From Candidatus Falkowbacteria bacterium (GTDB lineage Bacteria; Patescibacteriota; Patescibacteriia; Patescibacteriales; UBA12465): a stretch of 64,000 nucleotides of DNA. A program made the translations under genes and the position numbers. Below the pieces are notes generated by a model. It ran no database searches, was not told where the DNA came from, and saw only the letters and a program-made list of their open reading frames with translations. Positions within the stretch are counted from its first letter, which is position 1. Every line of letters starts with the position of its first letter. Shown in pieces: positions 8,881 to 19,900 of the stretch. Location: positions 17,997 through 81,996 of the forward strand of contig JBAXPN010000004.1 of the NCBI GenBank assembly GCA_037132255.1, in the 5' to 3' direction.

Positions 8881-11211
8881 TTAATACTCTGACCTTAATT
8901 TAATTAACCACGTTTCTTCGGGCGCAAGTTTAATCGCAGCTTCAAGATAAGATTGCGCAATCACAAAATTTCCCAATTGTTTATTAATAACAGCAAGCGC
9001 TAAAGACCAATTATAATCACTGGGATTACGTGCCAATCCGCGCTCATTATATTCCAAGGCCTTATTTAAATCACTGCGACGATAAAAGGTGTCAGCGATT
9101 TTTTTTAATAAAGTATAATCACTCACATCACTTTTATAGGCCGACTGATAAGCCACCTCGGCCTCGGCATAATTCTCATCACTAAAATAAATATCGCCCA
9201 TCTCACGGAATATTATTTTACGATAAACGTTCAAAATAATTTTATGTTGCTCATTAAGGCGCGGATCAGAAAATTCCGGCAAATTAGATAGGGCCATCTG
9301 ATAATTAATAATTGCTTCGTGGGATCTTCTCTCCCGGGTAAAAAGACGAGCTAATTCGATATACGTTTTTGGCCAATAAGGAGAGGCACTAATCACTTGA
9401 TAAAAATAATCTTCTGATATCTGATAATTTCCAAGAGCGGAATTTATTTTAGCTTTAACAAAAATATTTTCAGAAGAATTTGGTCTTAGCTTATTGTCTA
9501 AGTCTTGTAGTCTCTTGTAGGCCGTTCTTTTCGCGGAAACTTCTGCGATATCAGGATAAAAATCGCTTAATTTATCTCCTAAAAATTGGTCATAGTGTTC
9601 CTGGTTGATTGGATTAGCCTCTGCTTTTTTTGCATAATCTGCAAGAACAAAAGAAGTAAAATACTGTCTCTCTCCAAGCGCATAATAAAGACGATTAAAA
9701 TAATGATCAGCAGTAATTAGTCTAAACTCATAATAAATTCCGCTCATCATTATTAGGAGCAAAACAATTGAGACGATTATTTTGGATGAGACACTTCCAT
9801 CAAAAATTTTATTATTGTCAGACGAATCGCTTACTTTATTTGTCGCTTTAAAATTTATAACCGAGAGTAAAGAGAGAAAGAGCCAAAAAAATATTTCACC
9901 AGCAATTATTGTAAAACTAAATAATAAGGAAAATAAATAGGCTGCCGCACCAAGCCCCAAAGCGAGTGACAAGCCACCCATTTTCTTGTCCTGAATATTT
10001 TTATGGGCTAAGCGAAAAAAACTATAATAAAGAGCAGTAAATAAAAGGAGTCCAAAAAAACCAGAAGCTAAAAGAATATCTAACACTAGATTATGCGCCT
10101 TGTCCGTCGAGGCGCCAATGTCTCCGAGTATTCCCCACTCCGGTAAATAATATTTTATAAAAACATCAGCACTATTTTCCAAGCCGTAACCAAAAATCGG
10201 CTTCTTGATTATTGAGTCCGATGCCGCGGCGTAAAAATTTACCCGTGCCGCCATGCTTCCGCTCTGGAAATCGAACAGAGTTCCAAGTCTGCCTGGCACT
10301 ATGAAATTAACAGCCAATAGGCCAATACCGATAAGCGCGAGCATCCCCAGGCCAGCAAGTAATTTATATGGTTTTTTTAATTTTATAAAAAATACCAAAT
10401 AAATAATAAGTAAAATAAAACTTAAAGCAAAAGCAATTAGTCCGCCACGACTTGAGGTAAAAAATAAACAGGCGAGTTGCGATAAGAGGACTAAAACATA
10501 AAAAAATTTGATGATATTTTTTTTGTTCTTATATACTAAATAGACACTAAGCGGGATTAGCATAAGAAGCCATGACGCCAAAAAATTCGGTTGTCCGAAA
10601 GTAGATATTGTTCTTCTGGTTAAAAATGGATCCTCCGGCCAAACAAGAAAATCAAGTCCGAGAATTTGCAGAATTCCATATAAAGAGACAAAAAAACTGG
10701 AAAGAACGGCGACGCTAATAAGCCGTTTTATTTTCTGCTCAAGAGTGTCACGAGTATCAAGCCGGGAAATACGATTATCAATTGTTCCAATATTATATGC
10801 GACAAGAAGAAACCACAAAAAATAAAATATATAGCTTAAATACCCAGCCTGACGATCATAAGAGCCAAAAAAAGATTGAGCCGGATTACTTGAGAAAAAT
10901 ATAGTTATACCTAAACCACAAATAAATATGAGAGGTATTAGAGCGTATTTTTTAAATAATTCTCCAATTACTCGCATGTCGCGGGACCTTAATAACTTGG
11001 GCGGATAATAAAGAATAAGTTTTAAGAAGGTCAAAAAAAACAAAAGACAGATAGCCGCCTGAAATAGTGCTAATTTACTAAGCTCAAAGATATTATAAGT
11101 CGGAAAAGCCAAAGAAAAATACAGAGGAACGATAAATATTAGCGCCAAATAAACAAACTCGATCAATAGATCGAGGAGTTCTTTGGCTTGGAATTTCACA
11201 AATTTCTTCAT
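8881..11211 (-). CDS. Polytopic O-antigen-ligase/Wzy_C-family membrane protein with C-terminal TPR repeats (776 aa)
   Basis: About 12 TM helices with the TSSRGGLIAFALSF motif typical of Wzy_C/O-antigen ligase-like proteins. The C-terminal ~270 aa is TPR-like (AEVAYQSAYK..., LNKALEYNERGLARNPSDYNW..., AQSYLEAAIKLAP). Confidence 0.75.
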   Translation of the reverse strand: MKKFVKFQAKELLDLLIEFVYLALIFIVPLYFSLAFPTYNIFELSKLALFQAAICLLFFLTFLKLILYYPPKLLRSRDMRVIGELFKKYALIPLIFICGLGITIFFSSNPAQSFFGSYDRQAGYLSYIFYFLWFLLVAYNIGTIDNRISRLDTRDTLEQKIKRLISVAVLSSFFVSLYGILQILGLDFLVWPEDPFLTRRTISTFGQPNFLASWLLMLIPLSVYLVYKNKKNIIKFFYVLVLLSQLACLFFTSSRGGLIAFALSFILLIIYLVFFIKLKKPYKLLAGLGMLALIGIGLLAVNFIVPGRLGTLFDFQSGSMAARVNFYAAASDSIIKKPIFGYGLENSADVFIKYYLPEWGILGDIGASTDKAHNLVLDILLASGFFGLLLFTALYYSFFRLAHKNIQDKKMGGLSLALGLGAAAYLFSLLFSFTIIAGEIFFWLFLSLLSVINFKATNKVSDSSDNNKIFDGSVSSKIIVSIVLLLIMMSGIYYEFRLITADHYFNRLYYALGERQYFTSFVLADYAKKAEANPINQEHYDQFLGDKLSDFYPDIAEVSAKRTAYKRLQDLDNKLRPNSSENIFVKAKINSALGNYQISEDYFYQVISASPYWPKTYIELARLFTRERRSHEAIINYQMALSNLPEFSDPRLNEQHKIILNVYRKIIFREMGDIYFSDENYAEAEVAYQSAYKSDVSDYTLLKKIADTFYRRSDLNKALEYNERGLARNPSDYNWSLALAVINKQLGNFVIAQSYLEAAIKLAPEETWLIKLRSEY

Positions 11212-11282
11212 ACATCCATTATAGCAAATAAAAAAAGGGCTGAGAACAACCCTTTTTTCATGTTTTTTTATCTGATATTAGA

Positions 11283-12191
11283 CTATTTTTTGCGATGGCT
11301 AAGCTTCTCCCAAACAACTAAGACTGGGCTAGCGATAAATATCGAACTATAAGTTCCAATAAAAATACCGATAACAAGAGCTAAAGCAAAATCTTTAATT
11401 GTGCTTCCGCCGAAGAATAAAATCGCTGACAGAGCGAGAATAGCTGAGAACGAGGTATTAATTGAACGAGTTAAGGTTTGGTTAACACTGCGATTAATTG
11501 TATTTTCGAAGTCCTCATGGCTCTTAGGCAAATTCTCGCGAATACGATCAAACACAATGATGGTATCGCTAACGCTATAGCCCAGAACCGATAAAACGGC
11601 CGCTATAAAGGGCGTATTTACCTCAACCCCATAGAAATGACCAAGAACTGAGAAAACACCAAGAATAAAGAGAATATCATGAATTAAAGCGATAATCGCG
11701 GCGACACCATATTTCCAGGAAGCGACCGGTTTTGAAACCTTACTGAAGGCCCAGGTAATATAAAGGATAATCATGATGAAAACAATGGCAGTTGCATTAA
11801 AGGACTTACTCTTTAACTCTTGCCCGATTGAAGCGCCGACTGAGTCAAATTGAAGTTCTTTAAACCCGGCCTCTGGTTTGTTTTTAACTAATTCCTGTAA
11901 TTTCTTAAGAACTGCTTGATGAACATCTTCGGTATTTTCTTGAAAACGCAAAATCGTTGAATTTTCGGTTGGCTGAATAATTAAGCTATGCAAATTCACA
12001 TCTTTAAGACTATCTTGAATTTCCGTCATTGTTGGTTGATAGTTTTTGAATTCAACTTCCATTAAACTTCCACCAGTAAAATCAATGCCGAAATTTAAAC
12101 CCCAGAAAATGAGCGCTAAAATTGAAGCGACAACCGCCATGCTTGATAGCGATAGAAAGATTCTTCTTTTTTGGATTATCTTATAAATCAT
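11283..12191 (-). CDS. secF: Protein translocase subunit SecF
   Basis: GIDFTGGSLMEVEF, VFDRIREN and six TM helices. It lies directly downstream of secD. Confidence 0.93.
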   Translation of the reverse strand: MIYKIIQKRRIFLSLSSMAVVASILALIFWGLNFGIDFTGGSLMEVEFKNYQPTMTEIQDSLKDVNLHSLIIQPTENSTILRFQENTEDVHQAVLKKLQELVKNKPEAGFKELQFDSVGASIGQELKSKSFNATAIVFIMIILYITWAFSKVSKPVASWKYGVAAIIALIHDILFILGVFSVLGHFYGVEVNTPFIAAVLSVLGYSVSDTIIVFDRIRENLPKSHEDFENTINRSVNQTLTRSINTSFSAILALSAILFFGGSTIKDFALALVIGIFIGTYSSIFIASPVLVVWEKLSHRKK

Positions 12192-12202
12192 ATAATTTAT
12201 TA

Positions 12203-13750
12203 TTATTTATTGTCTTCAACCTTAGCTTTTTTAACTCCTAGTAGCCAAGTTCTCTTCTCTAACCAATCCCCGAGGATTACCACGAATAAAGTATGGGTAA
12301 TAACAATGGCGCTAAATAGAGAGACGGCGATACCGATAAATAGAGTTGTACCGAAGCCCTTCACTGAAGAGGTTCCGAAAAACATCAAAATCAAACATGT
12401 GATAAGAGTTGAAACATTTCCATCGCGGATTGACGGCCAGGCACGTTTGAAGCCGCTGTCGACTGCTTGGCTAACAGATTTTCCTAATTTCAATTCCTCA
12501 CGTGTACGAGCGAAAATTAGAATATTTGCATCAACCGCGATACCAATCGAAAGAATAAAACCAGCGACACCAGAAAGGGTCAAGGTAACCGCTTGCTGTG
12601 CATAGAAAAACAATAATATACCGATAACAGAGAATAAAACTGCTTGCGTTCCGTTAAATAGTTTTAGCTCATTAAAAGTATAGAATATTAGTCCTACCAT
12701 TACCGCAACTAGAACTAGCGCAAGCCAAACAGGCAGAGCCTTAAAAATAGCCAAAACGGTTACGCCATATACTAATAAAGACAAGACAGACAAAAGCCCA
12801 GGCAAGCGATAATAGATAATCATGAAAAGAGAAACCAGTAATAAACCCAGCAAACCAGCTCTCATGCTATTATTAATGGATTTAACTCCAAGGCTCGCTT
12901 CAACTGTTTTTTGAGAAATTAAACTGATTGGTACTGGTAAGGCGCCTGAGTTCAAACGCTTTACCAATAATTTCGCTTCTTCAACATTAAATTTTCCAGA
13001 AATATTTGCCTTACCACCAGTAATTTTTTCATTGACGGTTGGTACACTGATTGGATAGCCGTCTAAAAAGATCGCTACTGGTTTTCCAACATTGCGAGCG
13101 GTAATATCTTCGAACATTTTTGATCCCTCAGCATCGAACTCTAAAGAAACCTCCGGAGAACCATCGCTCGGATTAAATTGCAAAGTTGCTCGTTTTAAGT
13201 ATTTACCAGTTAATTCAGTATTAACCCAAGTTTGCGTAATTTCGGCTGCTGTTGAGGTTCCAGTAACTTTGGCGGTTGGTGTCCCTTGTTCTTTAAATTC
13301 AAGAATTGGAGTTTCACCAATTAATTTAATTGCCTCCGCAACATCTTTAATGCCAGCTAATTCCGCAATGATGCGATATTCACCGCCGGCCCCCTGATTA
13401 ACTTGGACAACTGGTTCGCTGACGCCAAAAGCGTTCACGCGGCGTTCGATAACATCACGCGCGGCCTCAAGAGCGCCCGCTCTATCCTTCTCGGGAATAT
13501 TCTTAACGTCCGCTTGGTAAACCAAATGAGTTCCACCTTGAAGATCTAGACCCAAGCTAAAGGGCAAATCTTTAACAAGCGGAAGAACAACAATTTGATT
13601 AGTTTTGTTGGCTAAATTTTTTGCAAAACCATTGTAAACATTACCACCAGCGGTTAAGCCGACAGTAATGGCAAAAACAATAATGATCCCCAAAATCCAC
13701 CAGGCTTTAGCTCGAACAGACAACTTCGAGAATTTTTGCATAAATGACAT
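12203..13750 (-). CDS. secD: Protein translocase subunit SecD
   Basis: LGLDLQGGTHLVYQAD, periplasmic domain, C-terminal six TM helices with GIAVDANILIFARTREE. Confidence 0.93.
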   Translation of the reverse strand: MSFMQKFSKLSVRAKAWWILGIIIVFAITVGLTAGGNVYNGFAKNLANKTNQIVVLPLVKDLPFSLGLDLQGGTHLVYQADVKNIPEKDRAGALEAARDVIERRVNAFGVSEPVVQVNQGAGGEYRIIAELAGIKDVAEAIKLIGETPILEFKEQGTPTAKVTGTSTAAEITQTWVNTELTGKYLKRATLQFNPSDGSPEVSLEFDAEGSKMFEDITARNVGKPVAIFLDGYPISVPTVNEKITGGKANISGKFNVEEAKLLVKRLNSGALPVPISLISQKTVEASLGVKSINNSMRAGLLGLLLVSLFMIIYYRLPGLLSVLSLLVYGVTVLAIFKALPVWLALVLVAVMVGLIFYTFNELKLFNGTQAVLFSVIGILLFFYAQQAVTLTLSGVAGFILSIGIAVDANILIFARTREELKLGKSVSQAVDSGFKRAWPSIRDGNVSTLITCLILMFFGTSSVKGFGTTLFIGIAVSLFSAIVITHTLFVVILGDWLEKRTWLLGVKKAKVEDNK

Positions 13751-13856
13751 AATATTGTAAAAAAATGTGATCGGCCTAAAAGAGCCGGTTTTATTTTATA
13801 TTAGCTATAGACCCTAAAATATTAGAATAGTTAAAAATAAAAATCAAGCTCTAGTC

Positions 13857-13885
13857 TTTACAAAAAGGCCAATTTTATTTATAAT
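13857..13885 (+). promoter_or_regulatory. Candidate clpP promoter
   Basis: TTTACA (13857-13862), a 17-nt spacer, then TATAAT (13880-13885), 25 nt before the ATG. Confidence 0.6.
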
Positions 13886-13910
13886 ACACTTATTAATAAT
13901 CAATAAATAT

Positions 13911-14489
13911 ATGCCATTAATACCTACAGTTATCGAAAAAGAGGGCCAAATTGAGCGTGCTTACGATATTTACTCCCGTCTTTTAAAGGACAGAATTATC
14001 TTTTTGGGTGAGCCGATAGACGATCACACAGCCAATATCGTTATCGCTCAATTTCTATTTTTAGACGCGGAAAGCAGCGATAAGGACATTAAATTCTATA
14101 TCAATTCGCCAGGCGGATCGGTTTCATCTGGGCTCGCCATATACGACACCATGCAATATATTAAGTCACCAGTCTCGACGATTTGCATCGGCATGGCCGC
14201 CTCAATGGCCTCGGTTTTACTCGCCGCTGGGGCACCAGGAAAAAGATTCGCTCTGCCAAACAGTGAAATAATGATTCATCAAGTCATGGGCGGAGCCGAA
14301 GGCCAAGCCTCTGATATTAAAATCCGCGCGGAACATATCTTAAAAATTAAAGATAAAATGAATAAAATTCTAGCGAGTCATACTGGACAAAAAATTGCGA
14401 CCGTAGAAAAAGATAGTGACCGCGATTATTATATGAGCGCCGACGAAGCAAAAAATTACGGAATCATCGATAAAATTATCAGAAAATAA
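13911..14489 (+). CDS. clpP: ATP-dependent Clp protease proteolytic subunit
   Basis: [14 protein letters not shown], catalytic Ser in [13 protein letters not shown] (His) and DRDYYMSA (Asp). Confidence 0.97.
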   Translation: MPLIPTVIEKEGQIERAYDIYSRLLKDRIIFLGEPIDDHTANIVIAQFLFLDAESSDKDIKFYINSPGGSVSSGLAIYDTMQYIKSPVSTICIGMAASMASVLLAAGAPGKRFALPNSEIMIHQVMGGAEGQASDIKIRAEHILKIKDKMNKILASHTGQKIATVEKDSDRDYYMSADEAKNYGIIDKIIRK

Positions 14490-14500
14490 ATTTACAAAAA

Positions 14501-14526
14501 ACGGGGCCCAAACGGCCCTGTTTTTT
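14501..14526. terminator. Bidirectional rho-independent terminator between convergent clpP and the surface-protein operon
   Basis: ACGGGGCC-CAAAC-GGCCCUGU forms an 8-bp stem flanked by AAAAAA upstream and TTTTTT downstream. Confidence 0.8.
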
Positions 14527-14550
14527 AAAATATACAATTTAATATAAAAA

Positions 14551-15600
14551 TTATTTAAGAGAAAGCGAATTAATCATTAGGGCAAAAATATTTGGATAAG
14601 CTAAATATGAATCGACTGCTGGCACATAAGAAATAACGTAAACATTTGTCCGCTTTTTGTCAGTTAAATAAAAATTAAGATTATCATTACTATAAATTCC
14701 ATCCCAGGTGCTAGTCGTTTTTAATTTATCATAAGTTATGGTCGAATCAGCAAAAGAGCTGTCGTACCAACCGAGAATACTTTGGCGGTCAGTATTTTCT
14801 TGAGCTGAAATTTGAATAATTGAATCATCTGGCGCCATAAAGGTAATAACCGAATCCTGATTTAAAGAATTTACTAACCATTCTTTAGGATAAAGTATTT
14901 CATAGCCAAAAATTTTATTTGTATATTTAGCCAAATTAGAATTCTCACTTAATTTTCCTGACGCAACCGGATTATAATTATTATTAATTTCAACGAGATC
15001 AGAATAAGTATTTCCGTTTGAATCGGCGAGTGTTAAATTTGTCCCAAGCACAGTCTCCTCCTGATCATTTAAGCCATCGGCATCCGTATCAAGTAATGGC
15101 GGTAAATTTACATTTTGTTTTCCGCCCAACTCCTCGTTCATAATAATGGAATCAGTCGAAGTCGAGATATCAAGCGTTGATGGTGTTACGGTTGCAACGA
15201 GACTAGTCGTCGCAATTAAAACCTCATCTGTAGCCGTGGCTCGGGGCGTATTAACGACGCTAACTTTTTCCGAAACTATAGTTACGACTGGAGCTTTCGT
15301 CTGAGTAGTTTGCGGTTTAATAATATAAACATAGCTTAAATAAACTAAGCCGCCGATTAATAGGAAACCGCCAGCAATAATTACAACTCCGACCATTTTA
15401 AAATTATTCTTCGGGGCTGACATGCTCGATAAATTATTGCTTTGTGTCTGCCCCGCTTGCGCATTTTGGTCACTGGGCCGAGGAAGACTTCCGCTAACTC
15501 TCGCTAAACTAGGCATGTTGCGAACAATCATGTCTTGATTTACCTTAGTAAGTATTTCTTCTTCGTTGGTATTTGTTTTTTTATTTTTATTCCCAAACAT
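14551..15600 (-). CDS. Single-pass membrane protein with an extracellular domain and one thrombospondin-type-3-like acidic repeat (349 aa)
   Basis: Disordered N-terminal tail, TM helix MVGVVIIAGGFLLIGGLVYL, and DTDADGLNDQEE at ~15071-15090. It is the last gene of the operon. Confidence 0.7.
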   Translation of the reverse strand: MFGNKNKKTNTNEEEILTKVNQDMIVRNMPSLARVSGSLPRPSDQNAQAGQTQSNNLSSMSAPKNNFKMVGVVIIAGGFLLIGGLVYLSYVYIIKPQTTQTKAPVVTIVSEKVSVVNTPRATATDEVLIATTSLVATVTPSTLDISTSTDSIIMNEELGGKQNVNLPPLLDTDADGLNDQEETVLGTNLTLADSNGNTYSDLVEINNNYNPVASGKLSENSNLAKYTNKIFGYEILYPKEWLVNSLNQDSVITFMAPDDSIIQISAQENTDRQSILGWYDSSFADSTITYDKLKTTSTWDGIYSNDNLNFYLTDKKRTNVYVISYVPAVDSYLAYPNIFALMINSLSLK

Positions 15601-15603
15601 AAT

Positions 15604-15804
15604 TTATTGCGTGAAGGTGTAGAGCAAAAAAGAAACAATCGCAAATATTCCTAAAATTAAAAAACCCAAAACAAGCCACTTTTTCCAGTGGCTAGTTACA
15701 GTCTGCGGCATGGTGTGTAAGTTCAGCGAAAGACGAGGACGCTTAGTAGCGCCCCCGAGAATGCTGGGCCGTGGCCGAGATTTTGGATCAAGATTATTTA
15801 ACAT
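15604..15804 (-). CDS. Small C-terminally anchored membrane protein (66 aa)
   Basis: Basic N-terminus and one TM helix (WLVLGFLILGIFAIVSFLLY). There is a 3-nt gap to the next gene. I recognise no homology. Confidence 0.5.
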   Translation of the reverse strand: MLNNLDPKSRPRPSILGGATKRPRLSLNLHTMPQTVTSHWKKWLVLGFLILGIFAIVSFLLYTFTQ

Positions 15805-15833
15805 AAACCATTATATTTTCTGGCGTTTTCTCC

Positions 15834-16556
15834 TTACTTTATAGGTGAATTTCCCGGTAATTTTGCTCCTTTAGCATTTGGGTCATATCCGCTTTTAACT
15901 TCAGCTCCATCTAAAAAAGTGTCACCATCGGTATCGGCATTAAGCGGGTTAGAATGATAAATTTTTACTTCTTCGTAATCGCTGAGGCCATCATTATCAG
16001 TATCAATAACATTAATATTTGTTCCGGAAATCTTTTCTTCGATATCAGTTAGTCCATCGCTATCAGAGTCAATTGTTGATTCAATAACAGGCTCTGGCGT
16101 GCTAGTAGCTATTGGATTTAAAGTGTTTTGGTCAGTACTCGTGGCCTCACCTATGGGATTTACTGTCGCCGTACTCGATGCTCCCGGAACAACAGAAACA
16201 AAACCAGTATCATTAGATTTTGGAGTACTTGTGCTTACTTTTGGATTATTTGCGGGCGGAGTAACAAGCGCATTATCACTAGGGCTTGTTTTGAAAAATT
16301 GAGAATAAGTAAAATAGCCTCCTCCTAAAACAGCCAATACTACGACGATAATAATTATTATTTTTAAATAATTTTTTTTCGCGCCCGTCTCTTGTGATTG
16401 CATAGGCGGTAAATTTTCACCAGTTACAGCCAAGCCAACACGATGCGTTTCAATATCAGATTGTGGGCCGCCAACACTTGGCTTGTCTGTTTCTGCAAAT
16501 ATATCATCTACGGCTGATCGACCATTAGGATTGGCGCTATTTAAATCGTTAAACAT
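15834..16556 (-). CDS. Single-pass membrane protein with three thrombospondin-type-3-like Ca-binding repeats (240 aa)
   Basis: Disordered N-terminus, TM helix IIIIIVVVLAVLGGGYF, Ser/Thr/Pro-rich linker, then DSDSDGLTDIEE, DTDNDGLSDYEE and DTDGDTFLDGAE (~15873-16076). Confidence 0.75.
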   Translation of the reverse strand: MFNDLNSANPNGRSAVDDIFAETDKPSVGGPQSDIETHRVGLAVTGENLPPMQSQETGAKKNYLKIIIIIVVVLAVLGGGYFTYSQFFKTSPSDNALVTPPANNPKVSTSTPKSNDTGFVSVVPGASSTATVNPIGEATSTDQNTLNPIATSTPEPVIESTIDSDSDGLTDIEEKISGTNINVIDTDNDGLSDYEEVKIYHSNPLNADTDGDTFLDGAEVKSGYDPNAKGAKLPGNSPIK

Positions 16557-16616
16557 ATCTTTTATTCAAATTTAGTTATTACCTTAATTATAGCGAATAT
16601 AGTTTTCCTTGGCCAG

Positions 16617-16931
16617 TTACTGATTTACACGCGGGCTAATCGGTTTAATATTCGCAGGATTAATTATATCTTTATCCTCACGAATAATTTTATAAACCAT
16701 AACTTCTCCCTGTTCATCCCTCTTTATGGCCTGCACCTTCAAATCCGTTGTGATGTCTAGGGATTGCTTTTCGTTCGGGCTCAAGAAGTCTGCAGTGAAA
16801 TTTTCCGCTGGGACATTTACTGTTTCAGAGCTTTTATAAAATAAACGAGACGGCTTTAAAATTATCACCGCTGCAACTATTGATATTAGAGCGATAGCAC
16901 TAACTATAATTATTAATTTTTTATTTTTCAT
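16617..16931 (-). CDS. Small N-terminally anchored protein (104 aa), unknown function
   Basis: MKNKKLIIIVSAIALISIVAAVIIL anchor. It is co-directional within the operon. Confidence 0.6.
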   Translation of the reverse strand: MKNKKLIIIVSAIALISIVAAVIILKPSRLFYKSSETVNVPAENFTADFLSPNEKQSLDITTDLKVQAIKRDEQGEVMVYKIIREDKDIINPANIKPISPRVNQ

Positions 16932-16952
16932 AATATTTAAAACATTAAAAAA

Positions 16953-19900
16953 TTATTGGGCGGCATTACAAATTGCATTCTTTGCAGTACAGTACTCACT
17001 ATTGCAACATTTCTGGGTAAGAGGGTCACAACAAGTCCCGCCGCAAAACTGCCAATTTGTTGATTGCAAAACTCCGGCAATACAGCCATTGCAGTTTGCT
17101 TCGCAACAAATCCCATTATTCTTGCAAACCTTTGGATAAGCACAGGTGCCACAGCTATTACCACAACCATCGTCACCACAAGTTTTCCCCGAACAATTAG
17201 GGGTACAAGTTGTCATACAGCGTCCATTGGTGCAATATGCGCTAGCGCCACAATTATTGGGCGCGCAAGTGCCACCGCAGCCATCACTTCCGCAAACTTT
17301 TCCAACACAATCAGGTGTGCAAATATTTCCGCAATCCGCCGGACAACAGGCTAAATTCTCGCCAATTGAAGGGGAACATATACCGTCGCCGCACTTTAGA
17401 GGAACGTTATGAATAGTTGCGTCCCAGGTGCAACAAAAAGTTCCATTACAAGAACCAGAACTTTTTATCGCGTTACAAGTTTCAACCGAAGGGCAAGCTT
17501 GTTTTGGAGTACAATATCCTTGATCCCAAGATGATCCAGTCCAAATACAATGCGTCGTATCGCAAGTATACTCAGTTCCATAGCTTGGACATATTTCTTC
17601 ATAAACCATTACCTTAGAATAATCTTTAAGACAAGCACCATATGTACAGTCATTTGGACAATTAGTCGCTGTTTCTCCGGCTCCACAAATTCCATTACCG
17701 CAAGTAGCGCAACTTGGCACGGTCTGACACTGGCCATTTGAACAGGTCTGCCCAGTGGTGCAAGTTCCGCAACTGCCACCGCAGCCGTTTGTGCCACATG
17801 AGAGACCAGTACAATTCGGCGTACAAGTCGGGCTACAATCTGCGACGCAATTAGTACTATTTTCAACTAAAGTTGAGGATGTAGCTCCATTATAATAAAC
17901 TTTTAATTGGCAATAACCATCACCACAATATCCACCGTTTTCAACTGGGGACTTATAAACACAATAATTATTATTTGGGATTGGATAAGGAGTATTAAAG
18001 CTATATGTTGCGCAACCATATTGCAAAGCCGGGTTGCTACTTACAACTGGCTTACCGGCAGCAAGAGAAAGTCCAGAAGCACTATCACAATCTTCATAAC
18101 CATCATTATACATTCCACCACGTCCTTCAGTATTTGGTTCTTGCTTTAAGCCATCACCACAATAATTATTTATATTAAGAGTAAATGCTTTAGTCGAAGA
18201 GGCGCCATATTCATTTGTCGCTTTTATAGAAATTTGGCTACTAGTCGCTGCGTTAGTAGTCCCTCTTAGATAGGCAGCCACAACAGTACTCCCCGGAGTA
18301 ACAGCAGCAGCGATTGATCTTGCGGCTGCCTCGGCCTTATTAAATTTGAAAAGATTAAATAATTTTGCTAAAAAACCATTAGATATTTTTGACACAGGAA
18401 GCTGGATTACTTCTCCTTGCCCGTCAACAACTAAAGAACTAGTACTAACTGTTATACCAGTTGGCAGATTTGCTCCCGTATAAGTTATATTATGGTTTCC
18501 CTCTCTAACATACCCCAAAAAACAAGAATAAACCTTACCAAGACGCAGGCTAGTCGCGCAATTAAATGTTAAGGCTGGCGCTTCTGTTTTAATAGTAATC
18601 TTAAAATCTTTTACCGTACTATCGTTATATTTATCTCTAACTGTTATGCGATAAATACCTTCTGAATCGGCATAAAATTTATTCGTCGTTGGTATCACGC
18701 CCTGCCAAGTAACCTTATATCGATTTGTCCCGGCCGGAACTATTGAATAGGCAAATGAAAGCATGTTAAAGCTTGAGCTGCCGCCGGTTTTCGACAGGGA
18801 AAAAGCAAAAACTGGATTAGCCGGTAAATTATTATCGGAAAAATATAAACTATAGGAGAATGGAATATATGGGTTTACAACATAGACGCCATTATCTGAT
18901 TCGACAAATGGTTTTGTGTTTACAATTACAATCGGTGTCGTGGTTGAGAAAGCATTTTGTCCATCACTAATATTTAAAGAAATATTATAATTTCCCGGTG
19001 CCCCAGCACGAAGCGCGTAAATCTTTTTTTGGTTGTCATTAGTCGTTGCTTTCAAAATTGGAGCCGCGCTCCAAGTTGACCAATTAGCAGCACTCGTCGT
19101 AAAAGTCCAAGAGATTGGATTCCCTTGATCATCAATTACATTGATCGAACCATTAAATTCCTGATCCGCTTCGCCCGTTAGATAAGAATCAATAATTCGC
19201 GGTGCAGAGTTATTAGTATTCCCTCCAGAAATAATTCCAGTTGCTGTAACACAATTAGAGGCAGAAGGATTATTAGGGGCAAACTGAAAATTTAATTGTG
19301 AGATCGCTTCGCGCGTTTCCATTACCGCACAAAGATTATAATTAGAACCGTTGGCATCAGTTTTATAAACAAAACCATAGCTCCCAACTGGCAACATTAA
19401 ATAAGTTGCAGTTGGCGCATAAACAAATCTTTTTGTTTCTTTATTCCAACAGGTTTGGGCATCAAAGCTGGCGCAGGCGCCCAATCTGTTAATCGGATCA
19501 ACTAAATTTTGCGCCATGTTTAATTCCGACAAAAATGTTTGCGACCAACTAGGCCAAACTGAAACTGTGTGCCCGCTCAGGTAGCTTCCGGCAGATAAAC
19601 GTGGATAATAACCATTACTTGATTTATAGGCAAAAAGAGCATCTTTTAATTCCTCCGTTTTACCGATTCTATTTAAATCACGAATAATTTTTGATTTGAT
19701 ACTATTACAGAAAAAATTCTGCGGACAAGAATCATCAGTTGAACAATTAACCGATACTTTTAGCTGACACGAACTTGAAGCTATTCCCGAGCTTGCGCAA
19801 GTCTGATCCTTCGAGCAATCGGCGTCGCTTAAACACGACAAGGAAGATATCGCGCATTGCGGACCGGGATTACTTTGTTCAACGATATCATTATTAAATT

